From NCBI GenBank assembly GCA_964478425.1, contig CAYZIB010000002.1:13200-77199 (forward strand): a stretch of 64,000 bases of DNA, in the 5' to 3' direction. Shown piece after piece: positions 38,269 through 48,277 of the stretch (positions are counted from its first letter, which is position 1; the number at the start of each line of letters is the position of its first letter). The DNA comes from an uncultured Anaeroplasmatales bacterium (lineage in GTDB: Bacteria > Bacillota_I > Bacilli_A > Acholeplasmatales > WRBM01). The notes beneath the pieces are model-generated. The model saw nothing but the letters and a program-made list of their open reading frames with translations, had not been told where the DNA came from and did not search any database. Made by a program: the position numbers and the translations under genes.

Positions 38269-39204
38269 ATGTGGTTAATATTTACTTTGATTACGACTTT
38301 GCTTTGGGGATTTGCTGAAATTTTTTATAAAAAAGGAAGCCATGCTAATGAAAAATATTCACATTTAAAAGTATCTATTTTTGTAGGATTAACAATGGGA
38401 ATTCATGCATGTATTATTTTGCTTACTCAGAATTTAAATTTTAATTTATTAAATTTATTAATTTATATTCCAGTATCACTTTGTTATATTATATCTATGA
38501 CATGTTCTTATTTTGGAGTTAGATTTTTAGAAGAATCAATTGCAGACCCTATTGAAAATACATCTGGGGCAATTGTTCCTATATTATGTGCTGTTTTTTT
38601 ACATCAAAGTATAAATACATTTTCTATTATAGCAATTATACTTATTATGATCGGAATATTTGGGGTTAGTTTATTAGAAAATAAAGGAACAACTAATAGA
38701 AAAAAAGTATTAGGTAAAAAGCTTGCTATATTTGCTTTTTCAATGCCATTTTGTTATGCTCTATTAGATGCATGTGGGACATTTTTAGATATATATTATT
38801 TAGATATTGATACAACTTTATTAGTAAATGTTACTGAATCTACGATAGAAAATGTCGCTAATACATGTTATGAACTTACATTTTTTATATTAGCAATTAT
38901 CTTATTAGTATTTTTAAAAATTAAAAAAGTTAATTTATTTCAAATTGATGATGAAAATAAAGGATTTTTAGTACAAAAAGATAAAATGATTGCATCTATA
39001 TGTGAAACAATTGGACAATTTACTTATGTTTTTGCATTAAGTGGTAATGGAGCGATTGCATCTCCTATGATAGGAGCAGGATGCGTTGTTGTTTCATTAT
39101 TATTATCTAGAATTGTTTTAAAGGAAAAATTAACTAAAGGGCAATATTTCTTTGTTTTAGTGGTAATTACAGGTATAATTATCTTATCTATTATAGAAGG
39201 ATAA
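38269..39204 (+). CDS. DMT superfamily (EamA-like) transporter
   Basis: 311 aa with ~10 TM helices in two EamA-like halves. Confidence 0.6.
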   Translation: MWLIFTLITTLLWGFAEIFYKKGSHANEKYSHLKVSIFVGLTMGIHACIILLTQNLNFNLLNLLIYIPVSLCYIISMTCSYFGVRFLEESIADPIENTSGAIVPILCAVFLHQSINTFSIIAIILIMIGIFGVSLLENKGTTNRKKVLGKKLAIFAFSMPFCYALLDACGTFLDIYYLDIDTTLLVNVTESTIENVANTCYELTFFILAIILLVFLKIKKVNLFQIDDENKGFLVQKDKMIASICETIGQFTYVFALSGNGAIASPMIGAGCVVVSLLLSRIVLKEKLTKGQYFFVLVVITGIIILSIIEG

Positions 39205-39212
39205 AATAAAAA

Positions 39213-39250
39213 AAGTTTGATTTAATTACAAAGTCAAACTTTTATTTTTT
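39213..39250. terminator. Bidirectional terminator
   Basis: aagtttga-N13-tcaaactt followed by a T-rich tract. It overlaps the 3' end of the LysR C-terminal ORF. Confidence 0.55.
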
Positions 39251-40130
39251 ATATAATTATATAAATCTTTTTCTAAATTATTTAAAGCAATATTTTTATC
39301 TTTTATAATTGCAATATACCAAAAGCTAGAATCATTATAATAATCTAATATATTTAAATTTGAATTTTTTGTTTTAGATTTTTCAATATTAAAAGCAAAA
39401 GTAAAAGAATTATTTATTTTAGAGATTAATTCTATTTGATTTTGCTTTCCATGAACTTTAATTAATTTTTGATCAGTAAAAACATTTGAATCTTTGAAAA
39501 AATAATCATAAAATTCTAGTGAATCATCAATGATTAAAATCATGTTTTTTAAATCTTCTTTTGAAACATTTTTTTATTTTTGAATAATTCATTATTCATA
39601 ACAATTTTAATTTTAAATTTTTGATATAATGAAACATCTATATTATTTAATTGAAATAATTTTGAATAATATGCTTTTTCTTGTTCGTTAAATACTAAAA
39701 ATCCAATTTTACTTATTTCTTTTAAGATGTTATCTATTGTTTCTTTATTTGAACACTTAATTATATTTATATTGAAGTTATTAGTAATATTTAATTTATT
39801 AATATAATCAGCAACTTCTATAGGAAATTCTATAATACTTGGATAAGATAAATTTATTTGGTGTTGATTTTTAATTGAAGAAGTATATTCTTTTTTTAAA
39901 TTTTCAAATTGTTCTAGTATTTTTGTTGCCTTATTAATAAAGTTTTTTCCTTCAGAAGTAGTAGAAATACCACGAGAGTTTCTTATAAATATTTGAAAAC
40001 CTAATTCTTTTTCTAAATTTAAAATTGCTTTTGAAATATTTGGCTGTGATAAAAAAAGATTATTTGCAGCTTTTGAAATCGACTGATATTTATTAACTTC
40101 GATGACATATTTTAGTGTTTGATAGTCCAT
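39226..40130 (-). pseudogene. LysR-family transcriptional regulator split into two ORFs (193 aa and 105 aa) by a frameshift at a homopolymer
   Basis: The N-terminal ORF carries the LysR HTH (YQSISKAANNLFLSQPNISKAILNLEKELGFQIF). The two frames overlap around a T7/A7 run (39569-39575). Adding one A restores a single ~298-aa LysR-length ORF. Confidence 0.7.
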
Positions 40131-40313
40131 AAAATCACCTAATTTAATTATAAAATAAAATTTTATAATTTCAAGTAAGTTATTAATAAATATTAATGAA
40201 TAAAAAAAATGTCTTTTTTTAGTAATTTATTAAAATTTTTGATATTTACACTAAATATATTTTGGAGTATAATATATATTGATATTGAAATAAAAATAAA
40301 AAGGAGAAATAGC

Positions 40314-41156
40314 ATGAACAAAATTTTAAAAAAGGTTTGTCTTAATCCTACTGTTACATTAATGGAAGTTGAAGCACCATTTGTAGCAAAAAAAGCGGAG
40401 CCTGGACAATTCATTATTTTAAGAGTTGATGAAAATGGTGAAAGAATTCCTTTAACAATTGCTGATTATGATCGTGAAAAAGGAACAATCACAATTATTT
40501 TCCAAATTGTTGGTGGATCAACTATCCAATTAAATTATTTAGAAGAAGGAGATTATATCCATGATTTCGTTGGTCCTTTAGGTGTTCCAACACATACTGA
40601 AGGATTAAAGAAAGTTTGTGTAGTTGGTGGGGGAGTTGGTTGTGCAATTGCATATCCTGTTGCTAAAAAATTACACGAACAAGGATGCGAAGTGCATTCA
40701 ATTATTGGATTTAGAAATAAAGATTTAGTTATATTGGAAGATGAATTTAGAAATGTTAGTGATAAATTGTTTGTAATGACAGATGATGGATCACATGGAA
40801 CAAAAGGTGTAGTTACTGCTCCTTTAAAAGAATTAATTGAAAATGGTGAAAACTATGATGAAGTTATCACTATTGGACCACTTATTATGATGAAATTTGT
40901 AGTTGCAACAACAAAACCATTTAATGTTAAAACTGTTGTTTCTATGAATCCTATAATGATTGATGGTACAGGTATGTGCGGAGGATGTCGTTTAACTGTT
41001 GGTGGAAAAACAAAATTTGCATGTGTTGATGGACCAGATTTCGATGGATTTGAAGTAGATTTTGATGAAGCAATGAGTCGTGGAAGAAGTTATAGTGATT
41101 TTGAAGCTCATGCTAGAGAATCAGCTTGTAACTTATTCAAAAAGGAGGTTAAATAA
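40314..41156 (+). CDS. nfnA: Sulfide/dihydroorotate dehydrogenase-like FAD/NAD-binding protein (NfnA / GltD-like small subunit)
   Basis: Starts at ATG 40314 behind AAGGAG. It has an FNR-like fold (GQFIILRV, RIPLTIADYD), GGGVGCA, and a C-terminal 2Fe-2S Cys motif (CGGCRL..FACVDGP). Confidence 0.8.
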   Translation: MNKILKKVCLNPTVTLMEVEAPFVAKKAEPGQFIILRVDENGERIPLTIADYDREKGTITIIFQIVGGSTIQLNYLEEGDYIHDFVGPLGVPTHTEGLKKVCVVGGGVGCAIAYPVAKKLHEQGCEVHSIIGFRNKDLVILEDEFRNVSDKLFVMTDDGSHGTKGVVTAPLKELIENGENYDEVITIGPLIMMKFVVATTKPFNVKTVVSMNPIMIDGTGMCGGCRLTVGGKTKFACVDGPDFDGFEVDFDEAMSRGRSYSDFEAHARESACNLFKKEVK

Positions 41157-41158
41157 TT

Positions 41159-42556
41159 ATGCCTAATATGTCATTAAAGAAAAATCCAATGCCATCTCAA
41201 GACCCACAAGTTCGTAATAAAAACTTTTTAGAAGTTGCTACTGGGTATACTGAAGAAATGGCAATTGATGAAGCAAAAAGATGTTTAGTATGTAAAAATC
41301 CTAGATGTATGGGAGGATGTCCTGTACATATTCATATTCCTGAATTTGTTAGTTTAGTAGCTGAAGGAAAATTTGAAGATGCTTATAAAGTAATTACAAA
41401 ATCTTCTAGTTTACCTGCAGTTTGTGGTAGAGTATGTCCTCAAGAATCACAATGTGAAGGATTATGTGTTCGTGGAGTTAAAGGTGAACCTGTAGGAATC
41501 GGAAGACTTGAAAGATTTGTTGCTGACTGGCATAACGAACATCAAACTGAATTACCTGAAAAACCTGCATCAAATGGTCATAAAGTGGCTGTTGTAGGAA
41601 GTGGACCTGCTGGTTTAACTTGTGCAGGAGATTTAGCTAAATTAGGATATGAAGTAACTATATTTGAAGCATTACATTTAGCTGGTGGTGTTTTAGTTTA
41701 TGGTATACCTGAATTCCGTTTACCAAAATCAATAGTTCAAAAAGAAATTGATGGATTAATTGCTTTAGGTGTTAAAGTTGAAACTAATATGGTAATTGGT
41801 CGTAGTATTACTATTCAAGAATTAATGGAAGAATATGGATTTGAAGCTGTATTTATTGGAAGTGGAGCAGGTCTTCCTAAATTCATGAATATTCCTGGTG
41901 AAAACTTAAAAGGCGTATATTCAGCAAACGAATTTTTAACTCGTGTTAACTTAATGAAAGCATATAAAGCTGATTCAACAACTCCAATTAAACAAAATAA
42001 AAATGTTGCTGTTGTTGGTGGTGGAAATGTTGCTATGGATGCTGCAAGATGTGCTCTTCGTTTAGGAGCAGAAAATGTTTATGTAGTATATCGTCGTGGT
42101 ATGGAAGAATTACCAGCAAGAAAAGAAGAAGTTGAACATGCATTAGAAGAAGGTATTATCTTCAAAACATTAACAAACCCAACTGAAATTATTGGTGATG
42201 AAACTGGAACTGTTAGTGGAATGAAATGTGTTGAAATGGAATTAGGTGAACCTGATGCTTCAGGAAGACGTCGTCCTGTTGTTAAACCAAACAGTGAATT
42301 ATTATTAGATGTTGACTGTGTTATTATGAGTTTAGGAACAAGTCCAAATCCACTTATCAAAGCTACAACATCAGGATTATCAACTGAATCATGGGGTGGA
42401 ATAATAGTTAATGAAGAAGGATTAACATCAGTAGAAGGTGTATATGCTGGTGGAGATGCCGTAACTGGTGCTGCAACTGTTATTTTAGCTATGGGTGCAG
42501 GTAAAACTGCTGCTGCTGGAATTGATGAATATATTAAAAATAAAAAAAATAATTAA
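41159..42556 (+). CDS. nfnB: NADPH-dependent glutamate synthase-like oxidoreductase (homotetrameric GltA / NfnB)
   Basis: 465 aa with two 4Fe-4S Cys clusters (CLVCKNPRCMGGCP; CGRVCPQESQCEGLC) and two dinucleotide folds (VVGSGPAG, VVGGGNVAMD). Confidence 0.85.
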   Translation: MPNMSLKKNPMPSQDPQVRNKNFLEVATGYTEEMAIDEAKRCLVCKNPRCMGGCPVHIHIPEFVSLVAEGKFEDAYKVITKSSSLPAVCGRVCPQESQCEGLCVRGVKGEPVGIGRLERFVADWHNEHQTELPEKPASNGHKVAVVGSGPAGLTCAGDLAKLGYEVTIFEALHLAGGVLVYGIPEFRLPKSIVQKEIDGLIALGVKVETNMVIGRSITIQELMEEYGFEAVFIGSGAGLPKFMNIPGENLKGVYSANEFLTRVNLMKAYKADSTTPIKQNKNVAVVGGGNVAMDAARCALRLGAENVYVVYRRGMEELPARKEEVEHALEEGIIFKTLTNPTEIIGDETGTVSGMKCVEMELGEPDASGRRRPVVKPNSELLLDVDCVIMSLGTSPNPLIKATTSGLSTESWGGIIVNEEGLTSVEGVYAGGDAVTGAATVILAMGAGKTAAAGIDEYIKNKKNN

Positions 42557-42564
42557 TTTATAAA

Positions 42565-42588
42565 GAAGTCCTTAAAGGACTTTTTTTT
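42565..42588 (+). terminator. Intrinsic terminator
   Basis: aagtcc-ttaaa-ggactt followed by T8. Confidence 0.7.
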
Positions 42589-42606
42589 AAAAAGAAAGGA
42601 CAAATT

Positions 42607-43374
42607 ATGAATAGATTAAAAGATAAAGTTGTTGTAATTACTGGTGGTAATTCAGGTGTTGGAAAAGAAACAGCATTATTATTTGCTAAAGAAGGCGCAA
42701 AACTTGTTATTAGTGCAAGAAGATATGATGTTTTAAAAGAAGTTGAGGAAGAAATTAAAAAAATTGGAGCAGATGTATTAAGTGTTAAAACAGATATTGG
42801 TAATCCTTTAGATTGTAACAATTTAATAGCTGAAACAATAAAAAAATATGGAAGAATTGATTGCTTAATTAATAATGCTGGAGTATTAGATGAGGGATTA
42901 AAAGCAATTGATAAATTTAATAATGATGATTTAGATAAAGTACTTCAAATTAATGAAAAAGGCACAATGTATTTAATTAAAGAATCATTAAAATACATGT
43001 TGGAAGCTAAAAATGGTTCAATTGTTAATGTTGCAAGCGTTGCTGGATATAATGGTGGTGGAGGAGCAAGTTATGTTGCAAGTAAAGCAGCTATAATAGG
43101 AATTACAAAACATACAGCAATGCGTACTGCTTCATTAAATATTCGTTGTAATGTTTTATGTCCAGGAAATATTTTAACACCAATGACAGCAGGAATGGAT
43201 TATACAAATATGGATATGGATATGTTTGGTGCTATGCAAAAGCATTCTGATTTAAGAAATTGTCCATCTTGTACTGCTTTAGATGTTGCTAATGTTATTT
43301 TATTTTTAGCATCAGATGAATCAAAACCTATTACTGGTCAAGTAATAGTATGTGATTATGGGGCTAATTTATAA
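42607..43374 (+). CDS. SDR family oxidoreductase
   Basis: 255 aa with TGGNSGVGK (TGxxxGxG), NNAG and a YVASK (YxxxK) catalytic site. Confidence 0.88.
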   Translation: MNRLKDKVVVITGGNSGVGKETALLFAKEGAKLVISARRYDVLKEVEEEIKKIGADVLSVKTDIGNPLDCNNLIAETIKKYGRIDCLINNAGVLDEGLKAIDKFNNDDLDKVLQINEKGTMYLIKESLKYMLEAKNGSIVNVASVAGYNGGGGASYVASKAAIIGITKHTAMRTASLNIRCNVLCPGNILTPMTAGMDYTNMDMDMFGAMQKHSDLRNCPSCTALDVANVILFLASDESKPITGQVIVCDYGANL

Positions 43375-43395
43375 TTTATAATAGGTGGTGAAATT

Positions 43396-44880
43396 TTGGA
43401 AGAAATTTTAACTACAATTGATATGAAAAACTCTGATTTAAATGCTATAAAAAATGGAATAGATAGCAAAAAATTAATGTATGAAGCTGCTTATAATGTT
43501 TATTTATCTTGCAATTGGTATGGAAAAATTGGAGTTTTTTGTGGAACTGGGAATAATGCAGGGGATGGATTTGCATTAGCTTGCATATTAAAAGAAAATA
43601 ATTTTGATGTTGAAATAATTTTAATTAAAGAAAAATTCAGTACTGATGGTTTATATTATTTTAATATATGTAAAAAAATGAATATTCCTTATAGTTTATT
43701 TTCTTTTAATTTGAAAAAATATGACATTATAGTTGATGCATTATTAGGAACTGGGATAAAAGGAAATTTAAAAAAAGAATATATGGATTGTATAAATTAT
43801 ATTAATGAAAATTCCAAATATGTTATTTCAATTGATGTAAATTCAGGTATAAACTCAGATAATGGTTTATATGATTATGCAGTTAAAAGTGATTTAACAG
43901 TATCTATTGGATATTATAAAGCAGGTATGTTTTTAAATATGGCAAAAGATATTAGAAAAGAAATTATTAATAAAAAAATTAGTATTAATAGGATATGTGA
44001 ACCATTTTATTTAATTGAAAAAAAAGATGTATCAAATTTTTTTAAACCAAGATTGAATTATTCAAATAAAGGAGATTATGGATATGTCGCAATTATGGGT
44101 GGATCAAGTAATTATCCAGGTGCTCCTAGACTAGCATTATTAGGTCAAACGGCTTTATATTCTGGATGTGGTGTATCAAGATTAATTGTTCCTGATGAAA
44201 TATATGAATTAATGTTTAAAAATGTTTTAGAAACTACAATTTATAAAATGACATCATTAAATGGAAAAATGATTTTTGATCAAGAAAAATTAGATGATTC
44301 ATTAAAAAATATTAAAGTATTAGCATTTGGTGTAGGACTTGATAAAAGTATTGAGTATGAAAAAATATTATCTTATATTTTAAAAAAATATGAAATAATT
44401 TTAGTTATTGATGCTGATGGGATAAATACATTAGCAAACATGGATTTAGAAATTTTAAATAATACTAAATGCAAAATTGTTTTAACTCCTCATTTAAAAG
44501 AATTTTCAAGATTAATAAAAAAAGATGTTAATTATATAAAAGAAAATTTGATTGAATTACAAAGAAATTTTACAAATAAATATAATGTTACTTTATTATT
44601 AAAAGGCCCAACTACAACAATATCTTATAAAAATAAAATATATTTTGTTGATGCAGGAACACCTGGCATGGCAAAAGCTGGTTCTGGAGATGTTTTAACA
44701 GGAATCCTTACTGGACTACTTGGATATAATAAAAAAGATATACCTTATGTAACAGCAATCGCTGCATATATTAACGGATTAAGTGGTGAATATGCAAAAA
44801 AAGAATTTGGAGAAGTAAGCATGGTTGCAAGCGATACAGCTAAAATGCTTAAGTATGTTATTAAAGATTTGATCAAGTGA
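43396..44880 (+). CDS. nnr: Bifunctional NAD(P)H-hydrate repair enzyme Nnr (epimerase + ADP-dependent dehydratase)
   Basis: 494 aa with a TTG start. The N-terminal YjeF_N domain (GTGNNAGDGF) is followed by a C-terminal carbohydrate-kinase-like domain (KAGSGDVLTG). Confidence 0.88.
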   Translation: MEEILTTIDMKNSDLNAIKNGIDSKKLMYEAAYNVYLSCNWYGKIGVFCGTGNNAGDGFALACILKENNFDVEIILIKEKFSTDGLYYFNICKKMNIPYSLFSFNLKKYDIIVDALLGTGIKGNLKKEYMDCINYINENSKYVISIDVNSGINSDNGLYDYAVKSDLTVSIGYYKAGMFLNMAKDIRKEIINKKISINRICEPFYLIEKKDVSNFFKPRLNYSNKGDYGYVAIMGGSSNYPGAPRLALLGQTALYSGCGVSRLIVPDEIYELMFKNVLETTIYKMTSLNGKMIFDQEKLDDSLKNIKVLAFGVGLDKSIEYEKILSYILKKYEIILVIDADGINTLANMDLEILNNTKCKIVLTPHLKEFSRLIKKDVNYIKENLIELQRNFTNKYNVTLLLKGPTTTISYKNKIYFVDAGTPGMAKAGSGDVLTGILTGLLGYNKKDIPYVTAIAAYINGLSGEYAKKEFGEVSMVASDTAKMLKYVIKDLIK

Positions 44881-44989
44881 TATTTTTACTGATATAAAAA
44901 AAAGTTATACCGGTATAAACATTTTATTGTTCTTTTTGTTTTAAAAAATTATTATAATATATTTGATAAGTAAACGAGGAGGAGATTAA

Positions 44990-46204
44990 ATGAGATTTAC
45001 TTTACCACGTGATTTATATCATGGAAAAGGAGCTTTAGAAGCTTTAAAAACTTTTACAGGAAAACGTGCTATCATCTGTACAGGTGGAGGAAGCATGAAA
45101 AGATTTGGATTTATTGATAAAGTCCAAAAATATTTAGAAGAAGCAGGTATGGAAGTTGCTTTAATAGAAGGAATTGAACCAGATCCAAGTGTTGAAACTG
45201 TTATGAACGGGGCACAAAAAATGTTAGAATTTAAACCTGATTGGATTGTTGCTATTGGTGGAGGATCACCTATTGATGCAGCAAAAGCAATGTGGATTAA
45301 ATATGAATATCCTGAAACAACATTTGAAGATATGTGCAAAGTATTTGGACTTCCAAAATTAAGAACAAAAGCAAAATTCTGTGCTATCCCATCTACTAGT
45401 GGAACTGCAACAGAAGTTACTGCATTTTCAATTATAACTGACTATGCTAAAGGTGTTAAATATCCTATAGCTGACTTTGAAATTACACCAGATGTTGCCA
45501 TTGTTGATCCAGATTTAGCTGAAACAATGCCTAAAAAATTAGTTGCACATACAGGTATGGATGCAATGACACATTCAATTGAAGCTTATGTTTCTACATG
45601 CAATTGTGATTATACTGATCCATTAGCATTACATTCTATTAAAATGATTCAAAATGATTTAATTGATTCATATAATGGTGATATGGCTGCAAGAGATCGT
45701 ATGCATAATGCTCAATGTTTAGCTGGTATGGCATTTTCAAATGCGTTATTAGGTATTGTTCATTCAATGGCTCATAAAACTGGTGCTGCATTTGAAAAAT
45801 ATGGAGCACATATTATTCATGGTGCAGCAAATGCTATGTATTTACCAAAAGTAATTGCATTTAATGCTAAAAATGAAGCTGCTAAATTACGCTATGCTGA
45901 AATTGCAGATCATATGAAATTAGGTGGAAATACACCTGATGAAAAAGTTGAATTATTAATTAAACATTTAAGAGGTATGAATGATGCATTAAATATTCCT
46001 CAATGTATTAAACATTATGGTGCAGATAGCTATCCATGTGAACAAGGATTTGTACCTGAAAATGTATTCTTAGAAAAATTAAGTGAAATAGCAACTCTTG
46101 CAATTGGTGATGCATGTACTGGTTCTAACCCACGTATCCCAACACAAGAAGAAATGGAAAAATTATTAAAATGTTGTTATTATGATTTAGAAGTAGATTT
46201 CTAA
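44990..46204 (+). CDS. Iron-containing alcohol dehydrogenase
   Basis: 404 aa with GGGSPIDAAKAM and the His metal ligands (HTGMDAMTH, HSMAH) of group III ADHs. Confidence 0.88.
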   Translation: MRFTLPRDLYHGKGALEALKTFTGKRAIICTGGGSMKRFGFIDKVQKYLEEAGMEVALIEGIEPDPSVETVMNGAQKMLEFKPDWIVAIGGGSPIDAAKAMWIKYEYPETTFEDMCKVFGLPKLRTKAKFCAIPSTSGTATEVTAFSIITDYAKGVKYPIADFEITPDVAIVDPDLAETMPKKLVAHTGMDAMTHSIEAYVSTCNCDYTDPLALHSIKMIQNDLIDSYNGDMAARDRMHNAQCLAGMAFSNALLGIVHSMAHKTGAAFEKYGAHIIHGAANAMYLPKVIAFNAKNEAAKLRYAEIADHMKLGGNTPDEKVELLIKHLRGMNDALNIPQCIKHYGADSYPCEQGFVPENVFLEKLSEIATLAIGDACTGSNPRIPTQEEMEKLLKCCYYDLEVDF

Positions 46205-46214
46205 AAAAATATTT

Positions 46215-46244
46215 AAGCATAACGAACAGTTATGCTTTTTTTTT
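46215..46244 (+). terminator. Intrinsic terminator
   Basis: aagcataac-gaaca-gttatgctt followed by T9. Confidence 0.75.
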
Positions 46245-46281
46245 ATTAAAAAAATGGTAAAATAATAAATGGAGTGATTAG

Positions 46282-47751
46282 ATGCGAAAAAGTGGAATTT
46301 TACTACCTATTTTTAGTTTACCAGGTCCATATGGAATTGGATCGTTAGGAGCTGAAGCATATAGATTTGTTGAATTTTTAGAAAGAACAAATCAAAAAAT
46401 ATGGCAAGTATTACCTCTTGGACCAATATCATATGGTAATTCTCCATATCAAACATTTTCAGCTTTTGCAGGGAATCCTTATTTTATTGATTTAGATTTT
46501 TTAAAAAATGAAAATTTATTAAACGAAGAAGAATTAAAATATTTAAATATTATTAATAATAAAGATAAAATTGATTATGAGTTTTTATATAATGAAAGAT
46601 TTAAAGTTTTAAAAAAAGCATTTAATAGATTTGATAAAAATGAAAGCTATGATAACTTTATTTATAAAAATGAATATTGGTTAGAAGATTATGCATTATT
46701 TATGGCTTTAAAAAATAAATATAATGGACTTCCATGGTATATGTGGGAAAAAAGTATAAAATTAAGATATAAAAAAAGCATATTAAAAGTTAAAGAAGAA
46801 TTAAAAGAGGAGATTGAATTTCAAAAATTCTTACAATTTAAATTTTTTGAACATTGGATGAATTTAAAAAAATATGCAAATAGTAAAAATATTAGTATTG
46901 TTGGAGATATTCCAATATATGTTTCATATGATTCAAGTGATGTTTGGGCTAATTCAAAATATTTTTTATTAGATAAGTTTAAAAATCCAATTTTAGTTTC
47001 AGGTTGTCCTCCTGATGCATTTTCAAATAAAGGTCAGTTATGGGGAAATCCAGTATATCGATGGAATGTATTAAAAAAATCTAATTATGATTGGTGGATT
47101 AAAAGAATTTCTTTAGCCAATGATATATACGATTATATTAGAATAGATCATTTTAGAGGATTTGAAGCGTATTATACTATAGAATATGGTAGAGAAGATG
47201 CAACAATAGGTAAATGGTTAAAAGGACCAGGTATTGATTTATTTAATAAAATTAAAGAAAAATTAGGAAATGTTAAAATAATTGCAGAAGATTTAGGATT
47301 TTTAACAGAAGAGGTATATAAATTACTTGAAAAAACTAACTATCCAGGTATGAAGGTTTTACAATTTGGTTTTGAACCATATGAAAATAGTACATATTTA
47401 CCTCATAATTATAAAAAAAATACAGTTTGTTATACAGGAACTCATGATAATGAAACACTTAAAGGATGGGTTAATAATTTAAATAGTGAAAAAAAACAGT
47501 TTTTAAAAGAATATTTAAATGTTGATGATGATAATAAACTAGTTATATCATTAATAAAACTTGCTCAAATGAGTGTTTCAGATATAGTTATTATTCCAAT
47601 TTACGATTATTTAGAATTAGATAATTATGCACGAATAAATACTCCATCTACATTAGATAATAATTGGATATGGAGATTAGATAAAAATTTATTAACAAAA
47701 GATATTGAAGATAAAATAAAATATATTACAAAATTGTATGGAAGGTGTTAA
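46282..47751 (+). CDS. malQ: 4-alpha-glucanotransferase (amylomaltase, GH77)
   Basis: 489 aa with SPYQ, RIDHFRGF, AEDLG and GTHDNET catalytic blocks. Confidence 0.92.
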   Translation: MRKSGILLPIFSLPGPYGIGSLGAEAYRFVEFLERTNQKIWQVLPLGPISYGNSPYQTFSAFAGNPYFIDLDFLKNENLLNEEELKYLNIINNKDKIDYEFLYNERFKVLKKAFNRFDKNESYDNFIYKNEYWLEDYALFMALKNKYNGLPWYMWEKSIKLRYKKSILKVKEELKEEIEFQKFLQFKFFEHWMNLKKYANSKNISIVGDIPIYVSYDSSDVWANSKYFLLDKFKNPILVSGCPPDAFSNKGQLWGNPVYRWNVLKKSNYDWWIKRISLANDIYDYIRIDHFRGFEAYYTIEYGREDATIGKWLKGPGIDLFNKIKEKLGNVKIIAEDLGFLTEEVYKLLEKTNYPGMKVLQFGFEPYENSTYLPHNYKKNTVCYTGTHDNETLKGWVNNLNSEKKQFLKEYLNVDDDNKLVISLIKLAQMSVSDIVIIPIYDYLELDNYARINTPSTLDNNWIWRLDKNLLTKDIEDKIKYITKLYGRC

Positions 47752-47754
47752 AAA

Positions 47755-48225
47755 ATGGGTTATGATTATTTAGTTAACTTATATAAATTAAAAGAACATT
47801 ATGAATTTGATAATTTAAAACAAGAAAATATTAGAATAGAAAGAGTATTAAGTCCTAATTTTGATTTAGTAGTTGATTTTGTTAAAACTAATTTTCATGA
47901 TGGATGGGCAAGCGAAGTTAAACAAGCATTATATAAAGCAAATCCATCTTGTTTTATTGCAATTTATAATAAAAAAATTGTTGGATTTGCATGTTATGAT
48001 GCAACTGCTAAAGGGTATTTTGGACCAATTGGTGTTGCAAATAATATGCAAAACAAAGGAATAGGAAGAGCATTAGTTCTTACTACAATGGTTAATATGC
48101 GTAATGATGGATATGGATATGCAATTATAGGAAGTGGTGCAGGTAAAGAAAATTTTTATAAGAATTGTGTTGGCGCTATTAGAATTGAAGATGATTCAAT
48201 TAATTTATATAAGAGAATGGTATAA
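47755..48225 (+). CDS. GNAT family N-acetyltransferase
   Basis: 156 aa with the acetyl-CoA-binding motif MQNKGIGRAL (Q/RxxGxG/A). Confidence 0.75.
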   Translation: MGYDYLVNLYKLKEHYEFDNLKQENIRIERVLSPNFDLVVDFVKTNFHDGWASEVKQALYKANPSCFIAIYNKKIVGFACYDATAKGYFGPIGVANNMQNKGIGRALVLTTMVNMRNDGYGYAIIGSGAGKENFYKNCVGAIRIEDDSINLYKRMV

Positions 48226-48255
48226 AAAACGCTTTTGCGTTTTTTTTTTTTTTTT
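48226..48255 (+). terminator. Intrinsic terminator with an unusually long T-tract
   Basis: aaaacgc-tttt-gcgtttt runs into a T16 homopolymer (48240-48255). Confidence 0.75.
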
Positions 48256-48277
48256 ATATAATATATGTGGTGATATT

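Noticed and set aside
40131-40313. AT-only palindromes (for example ATAAAATTTTAT near 40153) as LysR T-N11-A boxes in the lysR-nfnA spacer.
   Set aside because: Such AT palindromes are expected by chance at this base composition. They are not distinguishable from background without comparative data.
48240-48255. The T16 homopolymer as a phase-variation tract.
   Set aside because: It is the U-tract of the GNAT-gene terminator and lies outside any promoter spacer or coding frame that I could define. It is probably just an extended terminator tail, although it is prone to sequencing-length errors.
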